Positions 18,444 through 28,407 of a DNA stretch of 55,392 nt are shown here, piece after piece. Source of the stretch: Alphaproteobacteria bacterium (lineage in GTDB: Bacteria; Pseudomonadota; Alphaproteobacteria; Rs-D84); assembly GCA_017522445.1 (NCBI GenBank), contig JAFWZK010000045.1:1-55392 (forward strand), read 5' to 3'. A model generated the notes under the pieces. The model searched no databases, had not been told where the DNA came from, and saw nothing but the letters and a program-made list of their open reading frames with translations. How positions within the stretch are numbered: position 1 is the first letter of the stretch; every line of letters begins with the position of its first letter. Position numbers and translations under genes: made by a program.

Positions 18444-18475
18444 AAAAAATCCCGCCAAACAGGCGGGAGTATTAT
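18444..18475. terminator. Bidirectional terminator between convergent genes
   Basis: Hairpin tcccgcc-aaaca-ggcggga flanked by an A-run and T-rich sequence. Confidence 0.7.
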
Positions 18476-19209
18476 TCTGAATCTGAAAAATATTTCTTTC
18501 TTTGTTCCGCAGATGTTTGGTACATAGATTCAAATACCCGTTCGGCATCAGTCAGGGTCGCAGGTGCACCATCCTGGGGTGCATTCGTATCTGCACCATT
18601 TAATATGATTATGCGAGAGGGTTGCATCTTGGTGCCACATTCAATATAGTATTGTGATGAATCAAAGTATTTGCCATAACATTTCCCAGTGTCTATTGCA
18701 GCATAACCCATATCCGCCAATTCTGTACATTTCGGTTGATTATTTATGTTTGTTTCAATTTCGCCGTTTTCCAAAAATTCGTCTGGATTAGATAAAATCC
18801 CCGGACACCATATCGGAACATAGGTTTTATCTACGTATGCCATGGATCCGTCAGATGATGTAATGCGACGACCAAAACAGTCGCCATCCATCGATAATTT
18901 GTCTGTGTCAAAATCACTGCGAATATTCTTTTTAGCGGCGATGTCTGCCCGTTCCATCGGGACAGAATCTGTACCCGTTGCATTTTGAAGGGCATCCGCA
19001 CAAATCAACTTTAACCCCCAGCAATTACCCGATACGTCCCATGTTTCCGAATTGCCAATGTCAATAAAATAACCGTTGGTCATATTTTTATAGCATGTGG
19101 ATGGATTCAGACGACATACCGTTGGACGTAACCACCATGGTGTGGATGCACCGTGTGATGCGGTCACAACACAGATTGTAAAAATTGAAAGATATAATGC
19201 TTTTTTCAT
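18472..19209 (-). CDS. Secreted hypothetical protein containing Cys
   Basis: Signal peptide MKKALYLSIFTICVVTASHGA with 10+ Cys. No family was recognised. Confidence 0.65.
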   Translation of the reverse strand: MKKALYLSIFTICVVTASHGASTPWWLRPTVCRLNPSTCYKNMTNGYFIDIGNSETWDVSGNCWGLKLICADALQNATGTDSVPMERADIAAKKNIRSDFDTDKLSMDGDCFGRRITSSDGSMAYVDKTYVPIWCPGILSNPDEFLENGEIETNINNQPKCTELADMGYAAIDTGKCYGKYFDSSQYYIECGTKMQPSRIIILNGADTNAPQDGAPATLTDAERVFESMYQTSAEQRKKYFSDSE

Positions 19210-19270
19210 TTTGATTCTTAATCTTATAATTTTGTCTTTATTTTATCAGATTTGTTGGCCCATCGCAAGA

Positions 19271-21727
19271 TTATTCAGTTGTTTCATGAACAGAGCTGGC
19301 AGCGGTGTCTGTTTGTGTGTTTGCCGAGTCTTTGTTTGCACAATAGCCCCATTTTGTGTTTGCACCAGTTTCATCATAGAACCGTTTGTTTAATTCGTGA
19401 CCCGTGATGTCGTGCAGGTTGTCTGGGTATTCACAGTTTTCAACAACGCAATCGTTGGTTTTGTCGTCTGTCCATTCATAGTCAACCCACACGCCGTCCC
19501 AACGGGAACATTCTGCAGATAATGATGTGGCCATGTCTGTGTGCAATTTGTCCATTACCATGTTTATATCCTGCATTACGCGGACGGTTAATTCTTTGGT
19601 TGATTCAGATGGGCGAACACATACCTGTTTAGCATAACGAATCATTTGTTGATACAAACTGCCTGCATAGTCAGAGCCACATTCGTTATCTTCAAGCCTG
19701 GAAAGTGGACATTTTTTTGCACTGTTTTGGTCCTTGGTTGGAGGTTTTGTGCCACCCTCACATTTACAGCCCTCTGGACATGGCAGGCATTTATTGTTGC
19801 CAGTCAGACTTGTTATGTAAAAATCCACGTTGCATGAGATATAACGGCGGTTGTTACCACATGAATAGCCAGCGGCTGTTGTGGTGCCTTGCACGATGTC
19901 ACCCTGATAGAACGAGTTCGTACTGTTCTGCGTAAGTGCATTACAACGCTCGTTTTCAGCGTATTTCTGTTCGCCAGGAGCATAAACACGGCATGCATAT
20001 GGATAACTGTGCAGGGAATCATTGCTGGGCGGAGAACATAAATCGGTTGTAAAATCAACCAGGGCCGCAGTACAGTCGTTGGATATTTGCAGTGATGTGA
20101 TATTCTTCATCGCAACCAGTAATTCTGTCAGACCCGATGGGCCACCACCGTACAAATTACTGCAGGCATCCAATTTTTCACGACACATTTCTTCGGATAA
20201 TTCCAACCGAGAACCCAATAACATTTGGTCTTTGACGTTGCTGAAGTCCTTTAATGAATTGGTTTGCGTGTCATAACAATTGTTGACAACGTCCAAACAT
20301 TCGTTCCGGACGGTGCGAATGCGTTCCTGTTGACCCTGGTATATTTCAGTGATGGCCTGGCGTAAAAATTCATCCCATACCGCATCGGCAATGTCACGGC
20401 AGGTGTCCAGACCACGTTCAGCAAAAATACGCTTGCGATTCAATTCGGCCACCAATAAGCGATTGGTTTGATTTGTTAAAACATCACCACTTAAAGATAT
20501 CTGAGATGTTAATTGATAAAAGTTCGGACTGTATATCGGCTGGCCAGTTGATATGTTTAAATACAGACCGGTTATGTCCAGACAGTGTATGTAATCCGCC
20601 CCACATGCAGCATCCGCAGTAATGTCACGACGTACCTGGGCGATACAATCGTTAATCGCACTGGAATTGTGCGAGTCATAGTTTTTCAAACGTGCATGGT
20701 TCATTTCACGTTCCGTTGCACGAATGTTATTATTTGTCTCGGCCAATTTTTTGTCCAGGGCATTTATTACCAGTGAACAATCATTTTCTATGTACATGCC
20801 ATATGCAGATACAACCATTGTCTGGGTCGTCTCGGATGGACATCTGTCCGCAACCAATGCAGAACATTGGGCGTGAACCGCATTGTATAACTGTTCGCCA
20901 ACCAGGTTTGATAAATTGACACCGCCAGTTAAATCTGTTGTTGCCCAAATAGAGTTTATGTCCCCTGCAATATCCAATGTGCCCTGGGTGGATAATGACT
21001 GCTTTTTCGTGCCAGATAAAACATCGCGTATGCCAGATAACTGGGATGATGCAGCCGATGTGTCGTTGGTGACAGATTGTGCCAATTCACCCGATGATGC
21101 CGACAGCATTGCGTTAACCTCGCTCGCGGTTTTGTCTATGACGGACAGGTTCAGATTTATAAAGTCCTGGATTTGGTCAGATGCCTGGGCCAAGGCACGT
21201 TCGCGTGATTGAACCAAAGGCAGCTTGGATGAGCATATGCACCGGCGATATGTGTCGTTGGCGGTGCTGCAAAACTGGTCCATGCATGTAAAGTATGCGT
21301 CACGACATGTGTTATAACCCGTGCCAAATGTTACAGAATCGTATGTGTTTAATGTAATTGTGCCACGTGATGTGGTGGCAGACCGGGCAGATGTGGTCGA
21401 TGAGTTTGGGCGAGTCTGATGAACAAGCGCCGCCGTTCGTGCCGTGGGGGTGGCAGACCGGGCAGAACGTGAAGCCGTTGTTGTGCGTGATGTTTGGAAA
21501 TTGCGGTTGGATACCGTGCCAGTTCGTGCAACCGTGTTGCGCTGGGGCGTGGTGCGTGCAGTAGTGCCACGGGTCTCGGAAACAGTAGAGGATGGTGACG
21601 CTGCCGCACGGGAAATGGTTGAACGCTCGGACGTGGTGCGGGTGGGCGAATTTGTACTGCGAACAGCTGCGTTGGCAACACCAACGCCCATTACCATTGT
21701 CAGGGTAAGATAAAATAACCGTTTCAT
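19271..21727 (-). CDS. Cys-rich secreted family member (818 aa) with an S/T/R-rich N-region
   Basis: RBS aagaaagg. Signal peptide MKRLFYLTLTMVMGVGVANAA, then a long STR-rich tract, then the family N-module CRDAYFTCMDQFCSTANDTYRRCICSS. Confidence 0.8.
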   Translation of the reverse strand: MKRLFYLTLTMVMGVGVANAAVRSTNSPTRTTSERSTISRAAASPSSTVSETRGTTARTTPQRNTVARTGTVSNRNFQTSRTTTASRSARSATPTARTAALVHQTRPNSSTTSARSATTSRGTITLNTYDSVTFGTGYNTCRDAYFTCMDQFCSTANDTYRRCICSSKLPLVQSRERALAQASDQIQDFINLNLSVIDKTASEVNAMLSASSGELAQSVTNDTSAASSQLSGIRDVLSGTKKQSLSTQGTLDIAGDINSIWATTDLTGGVNLSNLVGEQLYNAVHAQCSALVADRCPSETTQTMVVSAYGMYIENDCSLVINALDKKLAETNNNIRATEREMNHARLKNYDSHNSSAINDCIAQVRRDITADAACGADYIHCLDITGLYLNISTGQPIYSPNFYQLTSQISLSGDVLTNQTNRLLVAELNRKRIFAERGLDTCRDIADAVWDEFLRQAITEIYQGQQERIRTVRNECLDVVNNCYDTQTNSLKDFSNVKDQMLLGSRLELSEEMCREKLDACSNLYGGGPSGLTELLVAMKNITSLQISNDCTAALVDFTTDLCSPPSNDSLHSYPYACRVYAPGEQKYAENERCNALTQNSTNSFYQGDIVQGTTTAAGYSCGNNRRYISCNVDFYITSLTGNNKCLPCPEGCKCEGGTKPPTKDQNSAKKCPLSRLEDNECGSDYAGSLYQQMIRYAKQVCVRPSESTKELTVRVMQDINMVMDKLHTDMATSLSAECSRWDGVWVDYEWTDDKTNDCVVENCEYPDNLHDITGHELNKRFYDETGANTKWGYCANKDSANTQTDTAASSVHETTE

Positions 21728-21800
21728 TCCTTTCTTGATAATGCTTTTATTCTATCAAAAAAAGTTTTGGCAGACAAGAAAAATGAATGTGTTTGTCCAG

Positions 21801-21830
21801 AAAAAATCCCGCCGTTTGGCGGAGATTTTT
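21801..21830 (-). terminator. Terminator of infA
   Basis: On the minus strand, hairpin ctccgcc-aaac-ggcggga followed by T6. Confidence 0.7.
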
Positions 21831-22074
21831 ATTTTGTCGTTTCAGTTGTTGGACGGGTGCGTTCCACAAATGTAATGCGACCCTTGTCCAAATCGTATGG
21901 GGTCATTTCAACGCGGACGCGTTCGCCAACGTTCACCCAAATGCGTGCTTTGCGCATTTTGCCGCAGACCGTTGCCAAAATCTCATGACCGTTTTCCAAT
22001 TTTACACGGAACATGGTGTTGGGCAACTTGTCTTCGACTGTGCCACTGAAAACAATAACGTCGTCTTTTGCCAT
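21829..22074 (-). CDS. infA: Translation initiation factor IF-1
   Basis: [69 protein letters not shown] is the canonical IF-1 S1-fold sequence. The track ORF was trimmed to ATG 22074. Confidence 0.95.
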   Translation of the reverse strand: MAKDDVIVFSGTVEDKLPNTMFRVKLENGHEILATVCGKMRKARIWVNVGERVRVEMTPYDLDKGRITFVERTRPTTETTK

Positions 22075-22206
22075 ATAGTAATTCCTTGGGCTTTTACCGG
22101 GTGAAATGATACAGTGTATGATGAAAAAATGCAAGTTGTTTTTATCTGCTTGCACGGGGGGCATTTGTTTGATAAAATATGAATAATTGTATTAGGGTGG
22201 AGTCTG

Positions 22207-24414
22207 ATGATTTTTAAAATTTTGATGTCTTTGTTGTTTTTATCCCCAGTTGCGGCGTTCAGTGCCGAACGTACGGCAAATGCACGTGTCGGTGTGCAAA
22301 GGGTTTCTTTGGCCGGCGTCAGGGGGGCGAATTTGGAAAAAAAGATTCAGCAACAGGTACAGACGGCCAACGAACAACAAACTGAAAGCACAGAAAAACA
22401 AAACGAATCAGATAATCTGAAGGTTGTGCCTGATGTGCCTGATGTGCCTGATGTGCCAGAAAGCAATGATTCAATCACAGATTCAGAATATCCTGTCGCA
22501 GACCAAAAGTCGACAGAGATAGTCGAGACCGAGAAAAAAGATTGCAGAACTGCATATCGTGCATGTATGGATGAATTTTGTCTGCTGGATGAATCCGAAG
22601 GGTACAGATGTGCATGCTCGGCCAATATAAATCAATCTAAGAGTTTGATTCAGGAAATTCAAAAAATCCAAGACGAGGCAGATAAATTATATACAGAAGG
22701 GGTTGAACGTGAACAGTTGGGGGCCAAGGCACGTCTGGTCTTTGGCGAGAGTGAAGCCGCAAAAAAAAGTTCGCGTGCGTCGGGACTTAGCTTTTCTGAA
22801 TGGCTGAACAGCGGTGCAGACGATTCGGAAAGTCTGGATGCAGATGAAAATATTGGCGATAATTTGTATGCAATGGCCGCTGAATATTGTGCGGCAGAGC
22901 TGGAATCGTGTGGTTCCAAGGCAGAAATGGAAGAAATGTTGTATTCGCGTCAGATTGTGGCAGATTGCAAGGCATTTAGTACGTATCTGGGTGAGCAAAA
23001 AATAAACGCACAGGCAAATAAACGTACCGCCGAGGCCGCCGTTCGGCAGGCCAGATTGGCAATGCTGGAAACTACGAATAAATATAATCGTGGGGAATGT
23101 TTGCTGGCCTATCGGTCATGTATTGCAGACAAAGGTGGTTGTGGGGCGAACTTTGAAAACTGTCTGGATGCAGACCTGTTGGGACGCCGTGCGAACGCAT
23201 GTGAAAATGTTCTGGACCAGTGTATGGCGGTCAAGGATTATGTTCTGCAAGATTGGGCAGCCGAGGCAGAGGCGATATTGGTTGATGCCGCAAAGTATGC
23301 CGATAAATATCGTCGTCAGACGTGTTTGGCCCAGATTCAGGTTTGCCTGGAGGATGGATGTTCAACAACAACCAATTCGGCATGTTTGACAGATGTTAAT
23401 GTCGCGGCGGGCGTTTGTCCGATTATTGATGAATGTAATGATATTATCCCGGGATTAAAGGCCGTTGTAAATGATAAATTGGGCTATTTGCGTACACAAT
23501 TCTGTCAAAATGATGTTGATGCATGTCTGCGTGATAAATGTGGTGAAAACTTTACTGCACCAGAATGTGTTGGTAAAAAAGTACCTGAAATCATTGCAAT
23601 GTGTCCACAGGATATGTTCCCATCGTGTAAAAATGAAACCCAGTTCGATATAATCGTGTCGGCGGCGGTTCTGCAGATGGATTACCAGATGATGCAGGGG
23701 TGTGTGAACTATTTCGGGGAACAGCTGGGGCGTGTGTGTGGAACAGATATGGCATGCCTGCCGTCGGATGATGTGGTTGTTGGTTTGACAGAAATTCCAG
23801 CAGATGAAGCTGCTATGGCTGAACTGCGTGTTCGGGTGCGTAATAATTCCAAGGCGGCGGTTGACGAATTCTTTAAACAGTTCGAACAGGATGTTACCGT
23901 TGCCGCATGTGCAGATGCGGAAAAACCGGCGGGACGTAACAGTCTGGGGGTTAACGTATTTAATACAGCCAAGTTGATTGCAGAAATTGGTGCAGAAAAT
24001 CGTGCGATGCGTGAATTGGAATCCAGGATTGCCGAACTGTCACGTCAGCAGGATTTAGAAGAAGCAGAAAAGAATTGCTATGCGACATATCAGGTTGAAA
24101 CACCGGAAAAGTCTGATAAAAATTACAGCTATATACGCAGTGTGTCGTTCGAGCCAAGTTTGCGTAATTGTCATGTATGCCGTATGCAACAGGTTTGTGA
24201 AACCGGCGGTGAATCAAAGGCATCGTCTGCATTAAAGGCCGCCGCTGGTGGTTTGTCTGCAGGTGCCGCCGCAGGAACCATGATAACACCTGGGTGGGGA
24301 ACTGCAATTGGTGGTATTGTTGGTGCCGTAGGTGCCGGTGTTGGTGGTGCTTTGGCCGGTGGTAAAGAAGACTTTTGTCAGGAAATCGAAAGCTGTGAAG
24401 ATATAAATATGTAA
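22207..24414 (+). CDS. Cys-rich secreted family member (735 aa) with a glycine-zipper C-terminus
   Basis: RBS ggtggag. Signal peptide MIFKILMSLLFLSPVAAFSA. It contains a VPDVPDVPDVP repeat, CRTAYRACMDEFCLLDESEGYRCACS, and the C-terminus GWGTAIGGIVGAVGAGVGGALAGG...CQEIESCEDINM. Confidence 0.85.
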   Translation: MIFKILMSLLFLSPVAAFSAERTANARVGVQRVSLAGVRGANLEKKIQQQVQTANEQQTESTEKQNESDNLKVVPDVPDVPDVPESNDSITDSEYPVADQKSTEIVETEKKDCRTAYRACMDEFCLLDESEGYRCACSANINQSKSLIQEIQKIQDEADKLYTEGVEREQLGAKARLVFGESEAAKKSSRASGLSFSEWLNSGADDSESLDADENIGDNLYAMAAEYCAAELESCGSKAEMEEMLYSRQIVADCKAFSTYLGEQKINAQANKRTAEAAVRQARLAMLETTNKYNRGECLLAYRSCIADKGGCGANFENCLDADLLGRRANACENVLDQCMAVKDYVLQDWAAEAEAILVDAAKYADKYRRQTCLAQIQVCLEDGCSTTTNSACLTDVNVAAGVCPIIDECNDIIPGLKAVVNDKLGYLRTQFCQNDVDACLRDKCGENFTAPECVGKKVPEIIAMCPQDMFPSCKNETQFDIIVSAAVLQMDYQMMQGCVNYFGEQLGRVCGTDMACLPSDDVVVGLTEIPADEAAMAELRVRVRNNSKAAVDEFFKQFEQDVTVAACADAEKPAGRNSLGVNVFNTAKLIAEIGAENRAMRELESRIAELSRQQDLEEAEKNCYATYQVETPEKSDKNYSYIRSVSFEPSLRNCHVCRMQQVCETGGESKASSALKAAAGGLSAGAAAGTMITPGWGTAIGGIVGAVGAGVGGALAGGKEDFCQEIESCEDINM

Positions 24415-24435
24415 TTAGTATGATGGAGAGAGAAT

Positions 24436-27105
24436 ATGCTGAAAATAAGCTTGGTTGCATTGTTTAGTGTGGCGGGACTGATGTCGGTCATGGTGGATAA
24501 CTGTGCATTGGCCGCGGTTGCAAAAAATAGCAAGCAGTCCGCAATTCAAAAAGGTACAACTGTGCGTACCAAGACGGCACCCAAGGGCCTGTATAATCAG
24601 GATTGTTATGATGCCTATTATGGATGTATGGATCAGTTCTGTATTTCAGATAATGAAAGCGGTGGCAGCTGTGCGTGCAGTGATTTGCATGCAGGGTATG
24701 AAAAAAGATTTGCTGAAATCCAAGATATCCTGGCCGAGGCAGACCGTATTGCAACCGAAGAAGTGGAAAAAGTGCAGGCCGGTGCACAGGCGGATATCAT
24801 TTTTACAGGAACACGTCAATATGATGAAGATGGAAACCTGGTCGATGTTGACGATATTTCTGAAAAATCTGACAAGGAAAAGAAACGTGCAGAGCTGTTG
24901 GCACTGTGGGATACCAACCTGGGTGAAGACGATGTGTCTGATTTCTCGACCCTGACGGGGGCGGCACTTTACCAGTCGGCCGAAGAACTGTGTTTAGAGC
25001 AGGTGCCAGAGAATTGTGAAAAAGATATTTCTTTGTTGCGTAATATGTATTCACGGCAAATTACATCAGACTGCAAGGGGTTTGAAAACAGTTTGAATAA
25101 TAAAAAGGCCGAGGCCGATGCTGCACTGGCACAGGCAAATGCAGATGTGCGGGCCGCATTGAAAGAAAGCTTTGATGCCGCCAATAAATACGACCTGGGA
25201 CAGTGTATGGTCGAATTCAAGAAATGTATGCAAACATCAGATGCATGTGGTGATAATTGGGAAAATTGTGTGTCAACAATTGCGTCTGAAAATATGCAGA
25301 ATAACAAGGCAATCAGTACAGCCGGTACAACAGTCGCAACTGTTGATACCTATGATATTACTGCGTCCACTTTGGAGATGTTAAGTGCAAAACGCACCAT
25401 TTGTGAAAGTGTCTTGGGGCAGTGTATGGCTGTGCGTGATATGGTTTGGCCCGCTTTCCTGCGCGAGGCCGCACCCACAATCAAGGTTGCAGAATCTGCC
25501 GCAGAATCGAAATTCCGCCAGTCGTGCTTGACCAATATTTCAAATTGTATACAAAAGGCATGTAAAGATGATATTGCCGGCAAGGGCGTAGATTCTATGG
25601 ATGCGTGTCTGTCGCGACCAGATATGGCACGCAGTTTCTGCAAGGTTGAAATTGATCCGTGTGAAAGAATGGAACCAATGATTTGGGGCTATGTTGTTGA
25701 TAAACTGGCCGCAATGCGTGTAGATGCATGTACGCAAGAGGTCAAGGATTGCTTTACCGCCGATACGCGCTGTGGGGAAAATTTCCAGAACTGTATTGGT
25801 ATGGATTACAATTATATCCATGATATTTGTCCGATTGACAGTTTGGTTGTTTGCAAGGCGAACAATCCGAAGTTTTCAATGGATGATTTGGATTCTATGT
25901 TGATGGGACTGTATCTGAATATTGATAATGCCGCATTGGACCAGTGTCAGGAATTGGTTGATAGAAAAATGGCCGAGGTTTGTGGTAGTACCACCGACTG
26001 TAATAAATTTGCCGCCGATGATGCAATGGGAACGGGTTCGTTACAGTATCAAAAAGATGGTGGTGTTCATCGTTTAACTGGTATGATTTCATTTGGCAAG
26101 GTCAAAGTTGGTATGAATATGGAAGATGCCGGTTTGATTGATATCCAAGATTATGTGAATTTCTTGTCTGAATCCCAGGCTGTTCCGGCACCGTATGTGT
26201 CTGTTGCAGATTCTATTTTGTATGAATTGGAAAATATTCAGGGGACAATTAATCGCGTTGTGACAATGATTGAACAAGATCCGCAAATTCAGTTCTGTGT
26301 CAGTGGTCGTGATTTGGGACAGATTACAGGTAAAAAGGAAAAAACATCCGCGCGTTTTCCAAATTTGCTGAACCAGGTTAAAATGCAGATTGCGGTTGCG
26401 GCGCTGCGCCAGGCCCAAGATAATTATAACAAAAAGTATAATGAATATTTGGCCAAAGCGATGGATGGAGCGTCGGTTGATTTGGCGAATTTGATGTGTA
26501 ATAAATTGCCGGCCTCAAATGGCACAGCCCAAGGAATTTCTGCGGCTGAATTGGATACTTCGTTGTTGCCGGCGGGCGCAATTGTTATGGAATTTGGTGG
26601 CGTTTCAAATGCATCGTTGGCGGCGGGTGGCTCGCATTCATCAACAACATTAGGCAAGGCATCTATGTCAACCGCATCTGGTGCCGCCGCAGGTGGTTCG
26701 GATGGCGGTGTGGCGGGATCAATTGGTGCATCGGCGGCAACGATAGCAGGCAGTGTTGGTGCCACAGTTGCGGCAAGTAAGTTTGCAAGTTTGGGAGGCG
26801 AGATCGCACAGAGTGTGGCTGGGAGTATTTCAACATTTAATCCGGCGGGTATTATTGCGGATGCGGCGGTCAAGGCTGTGGTTGCATTAGCGTCTGATAA
26901 ATATAGTTCGGAATTTGATGGTGGAACACGTGAAATGTGGTCTGTGTTTAATCGTGATACTCGTGTTTGTCATGTGTGTACATCAACAATTACCAAAGAT
27001 TGCAAAACCAAAGGTTCTCGTGGATTTTTGGGATTGTGGGATTCGCGTGGTGTCGAATGTGAATCGGGAACACCAATAGAAAAGTGTGAAGATATTCAAA
27101 TGTAA
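24436..27105 (+). CDS. Cys-rich secreted family member (889 aa); tandem paralog of the 22207 gene
   Basis: It starts 21 nt after the previous stop, with RBS ggagagag. It contains CYDAYYGCMDQFCISDNESGGSCACS. Its middle region is colinear with the 22207 protein (MYSRQITSDCKGF.., CESVLGQCMAVRDMV). It has a Gly/Ala/Ser-rich hydrophobic region and ends ECESGTPIEKCEDIQM. Confidence 0.85.
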   Translation: MLKISLVALFSVAGLMSVMVDNCALAAVAKNSKQSAIQKGTTVRTKTAPKGLYNQDCYDAYYGCMDQFCISDNESGGSCACSDLHAGYEKRFAEIQDILAEADRIATEEVEKVQAGAQADIIFTGTRQYDEDGNLVDVDDISEKSDKEKKRAELLALWDTNLGEDDVSDFSTLTGAALYQSAEELCLEQVPENCEKDISLLRNMYSRQITSDCKGFENSLNNKKAEADAALAQANADVRAALKESFDAANKYDLGQCMVEFKKCMQTSDACGDNWENCVSTIASENMQNNKAISTAGTTVATVDTYDITASTLEMLSAKRTICESVLGQCMAVRDMVWPAFLREAAPTIKVAESAAESKFRQSCLTNISNCIQKACKDDIAGKGVDSMDACLSRPDMARSFCKVEIDPCERMEPMIWGYVVDKLAAMRVDACTQEVKDCFTADTRCGENFQNCIGMDYNYIHDICPIDSLVVCKANNPKFSMDDLDSMLMGLYLNIDNAALDQCQELVDRKMAEVCGSTTDCNKFAADDAMGTGSLQYQKDGGVHRLTGMISFGKVKVGMNMEDAGLIDIQDYVNFLSESQAVPAPYVSVADSILYELENIQGTINRVVTMIEQDPQIQFCVSGRDLGQITGKKEKTSARFPNLLNQVKMQIAVAALRQAQDNYNKKYNEYLAKAMDGASVDLANLMCNKLPASNGTAQGISAAELDTSLLPAGAIVMEFGGVSNASLAAGGSHSSTTLGKASMSTASGAAAGGSDGGVAGSIGASAATIAGSVGATVAASKFASLGGEIAQSVAGSISTFNPAGIIADAAVKAVVALASDKYSSEFDGGTREMWSVFNRDTRVCHVCTSTITKDCKTKGSRGFLGLWDSRGVECESGTPIEKCEDIQM

Positions 27106-27112
27106 TATAAAA

Positions 27113-27140
27113 ACGGGGCAAATTGCCCCGTCTTGTTTTA
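27113..27140 (+). terminator. Rho-independent terminator
   Basis: Hairpin cggggca-aat-tgccccg followed by T-rich sequence. Confidence 0.75.
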
Positions 27141-27219
27141 TGTAAAAAATCCTGGACAAATTGTGTTGTGTGTATGATATAATTTGCTTGCAATTAACAT
27201 TAACCAAAGGGGGTTTATT

Positions 27220-27606
27220 ATGAAAAAAATTTTAACGTCTGTCGTTGTGGCTGTATTGGCCATTGGAACTGCGGCTGCCGATTTCCAGGGACCAGATTCT
27301 GCCGCACCGGTTGCAACAAATGCCAAGGGTGGTTTTGTCAGCGGGGCAGAAACAATCGTTACAGTTAAACAGGTAAATGAAATGCGTGACGATGTCCCTG
27401 TTATTATCAAAGGGCATATTGTTCAACGTATGGGGGGCGAAAAGTATCTGTTCGAAGATGCAACAGGTTCAATCACAGTTGAAATAGATGATGAAGATTG
27501 GCGTGGCCAAACCGTTCGACCAGAAGATACGGTAAAGCTGTATGGCGAGGTCGACCGTGGCATCTTTAAAACAGAAATAGATATAGACTATGTTGAAAAA
27601 ATGTAA
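27220..27606 (+). CDS. Periplasmic bacterial OB-fold (BOF/YgiW-family) protein
   Basis: Signal peptide MKKILTSVVVAVLAIGTAAA, then GGFVSGAETIVTVKQVNEMRDDVPVIIKGHIVQRMGGEKYLFEDATGSITVEIDDEDWRGQTV..VKLYGEVD, matching the YgiW pattern. Confidence 0.8.
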   Translation: MKKILTSVVVAVLAIGTAAADFQGPDSAAPVATNAKGGFVSGAETIVTVKQVNEMRDDVPVIIKGHIVQRMGGEKYLFEDATGSITVEIDDEDWRGQTVRPEDTVKLYGEVDRGIFKTEIDIDYVEKM

Positions 27607-27612
27607 ATGACA

Positions 27613-27636
27613 ATCCCCCAAATGGGGGATTTTTTC
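27613..27636 (+). terminator. Rho-independent terminator
   Basis: Hairpin atccccc-aaat-gggggat followed by T5. Confidence 0.8.
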
Positions 27637-27679
27637 TGGGTTGTAAATATTCACAATTCTGTTTAATATATATTGCGTT

Positions 27680-28330
27680 ATGAAACTGGAATCAAATGGT
27701 ATCTTGATAAATATTCGGCCATTTAATGAACGTGATGCAATTGCACGTGTATTCTCGCACGATTATGGCATTATTAGCGGAATGATGCGGGGGGCAATTG
27801 TCGCAAAGAAAAACAGACCCTTGGTTGGTCAGGTCGGAAGTATGGTGTGGAATGCACGACTGGATTCACAGTTGGGAATATTTCATTGGGAGGCAGAAAA
27901 AAATCTGGCTGTGCCAATTATGGCATTTCAGCAAAGATTGGCATGTATGAATGCCGCATTCGATTTGCTGAATACTTTGTTGCCAGAACGCGAAGAATAT
28001 ATGACTTTGTTTGATGAAACGATGATTTTGTTAAATGCACTGGGGCAGGGTGATGCAAAGGCGTATTTAACGTGGGAATTAAATCTGTTGCGTGATTTGG
28101 GCTATGCGTTGGACTGTACAAAGTGTTCGGGATGTGGAACCAGATATGGTTTAACGCATTTGTCGCCGCGGACAGGACGCGCGGTTTGTGCAGACTGTGC
28201 ACGACCATATATAAATAAGTTATATTCTTTGCCCGTAAATCTGAATGTAACACTGCGTTTCCTGGAAAGTATATGTATGCAACAGGGGACACAAATACCA
28301 AATATGCGGCGTATGTTAAAGATTGTTTAA
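27680..28330 (+). CDS. recO: DNA repair protein RecO
   Basis: The N-terminal OB-like region is GILINIRPFNERDAIARVFSHDYGIISGMMRGA. A helical middle region follows. The C-terminal zinc motif is CTKCSGCG...AVCADCA. Length is 216 aa. Confidence 0.8.
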   Translation: MKLESNGILINIRPFNERDAIARVFSHDYGIISGMMRGAIVAKKNRPLVGQVGSMVWNARLDSQLGIFHWEAEKNLAVPIMAFQQRLACMNAAFDLLNTLLPEREEYMTLFDETMILLNALGQGDAKAYLTWELNLLRDLGYALDCTKCSGCGTRYGLTHLSPRTGRAVCADCARPYINKLYSLPVNLNVTLRFLESICMQQGTQIPNMRRMLKIV

Positions 28331-28407
28331 AATTAATATATTTATTCCTTGCACTTTTGTTAAAATTTGCTATGGTTGACCTGTTCAACATAAGTAAGGA
28401 GAAAATC

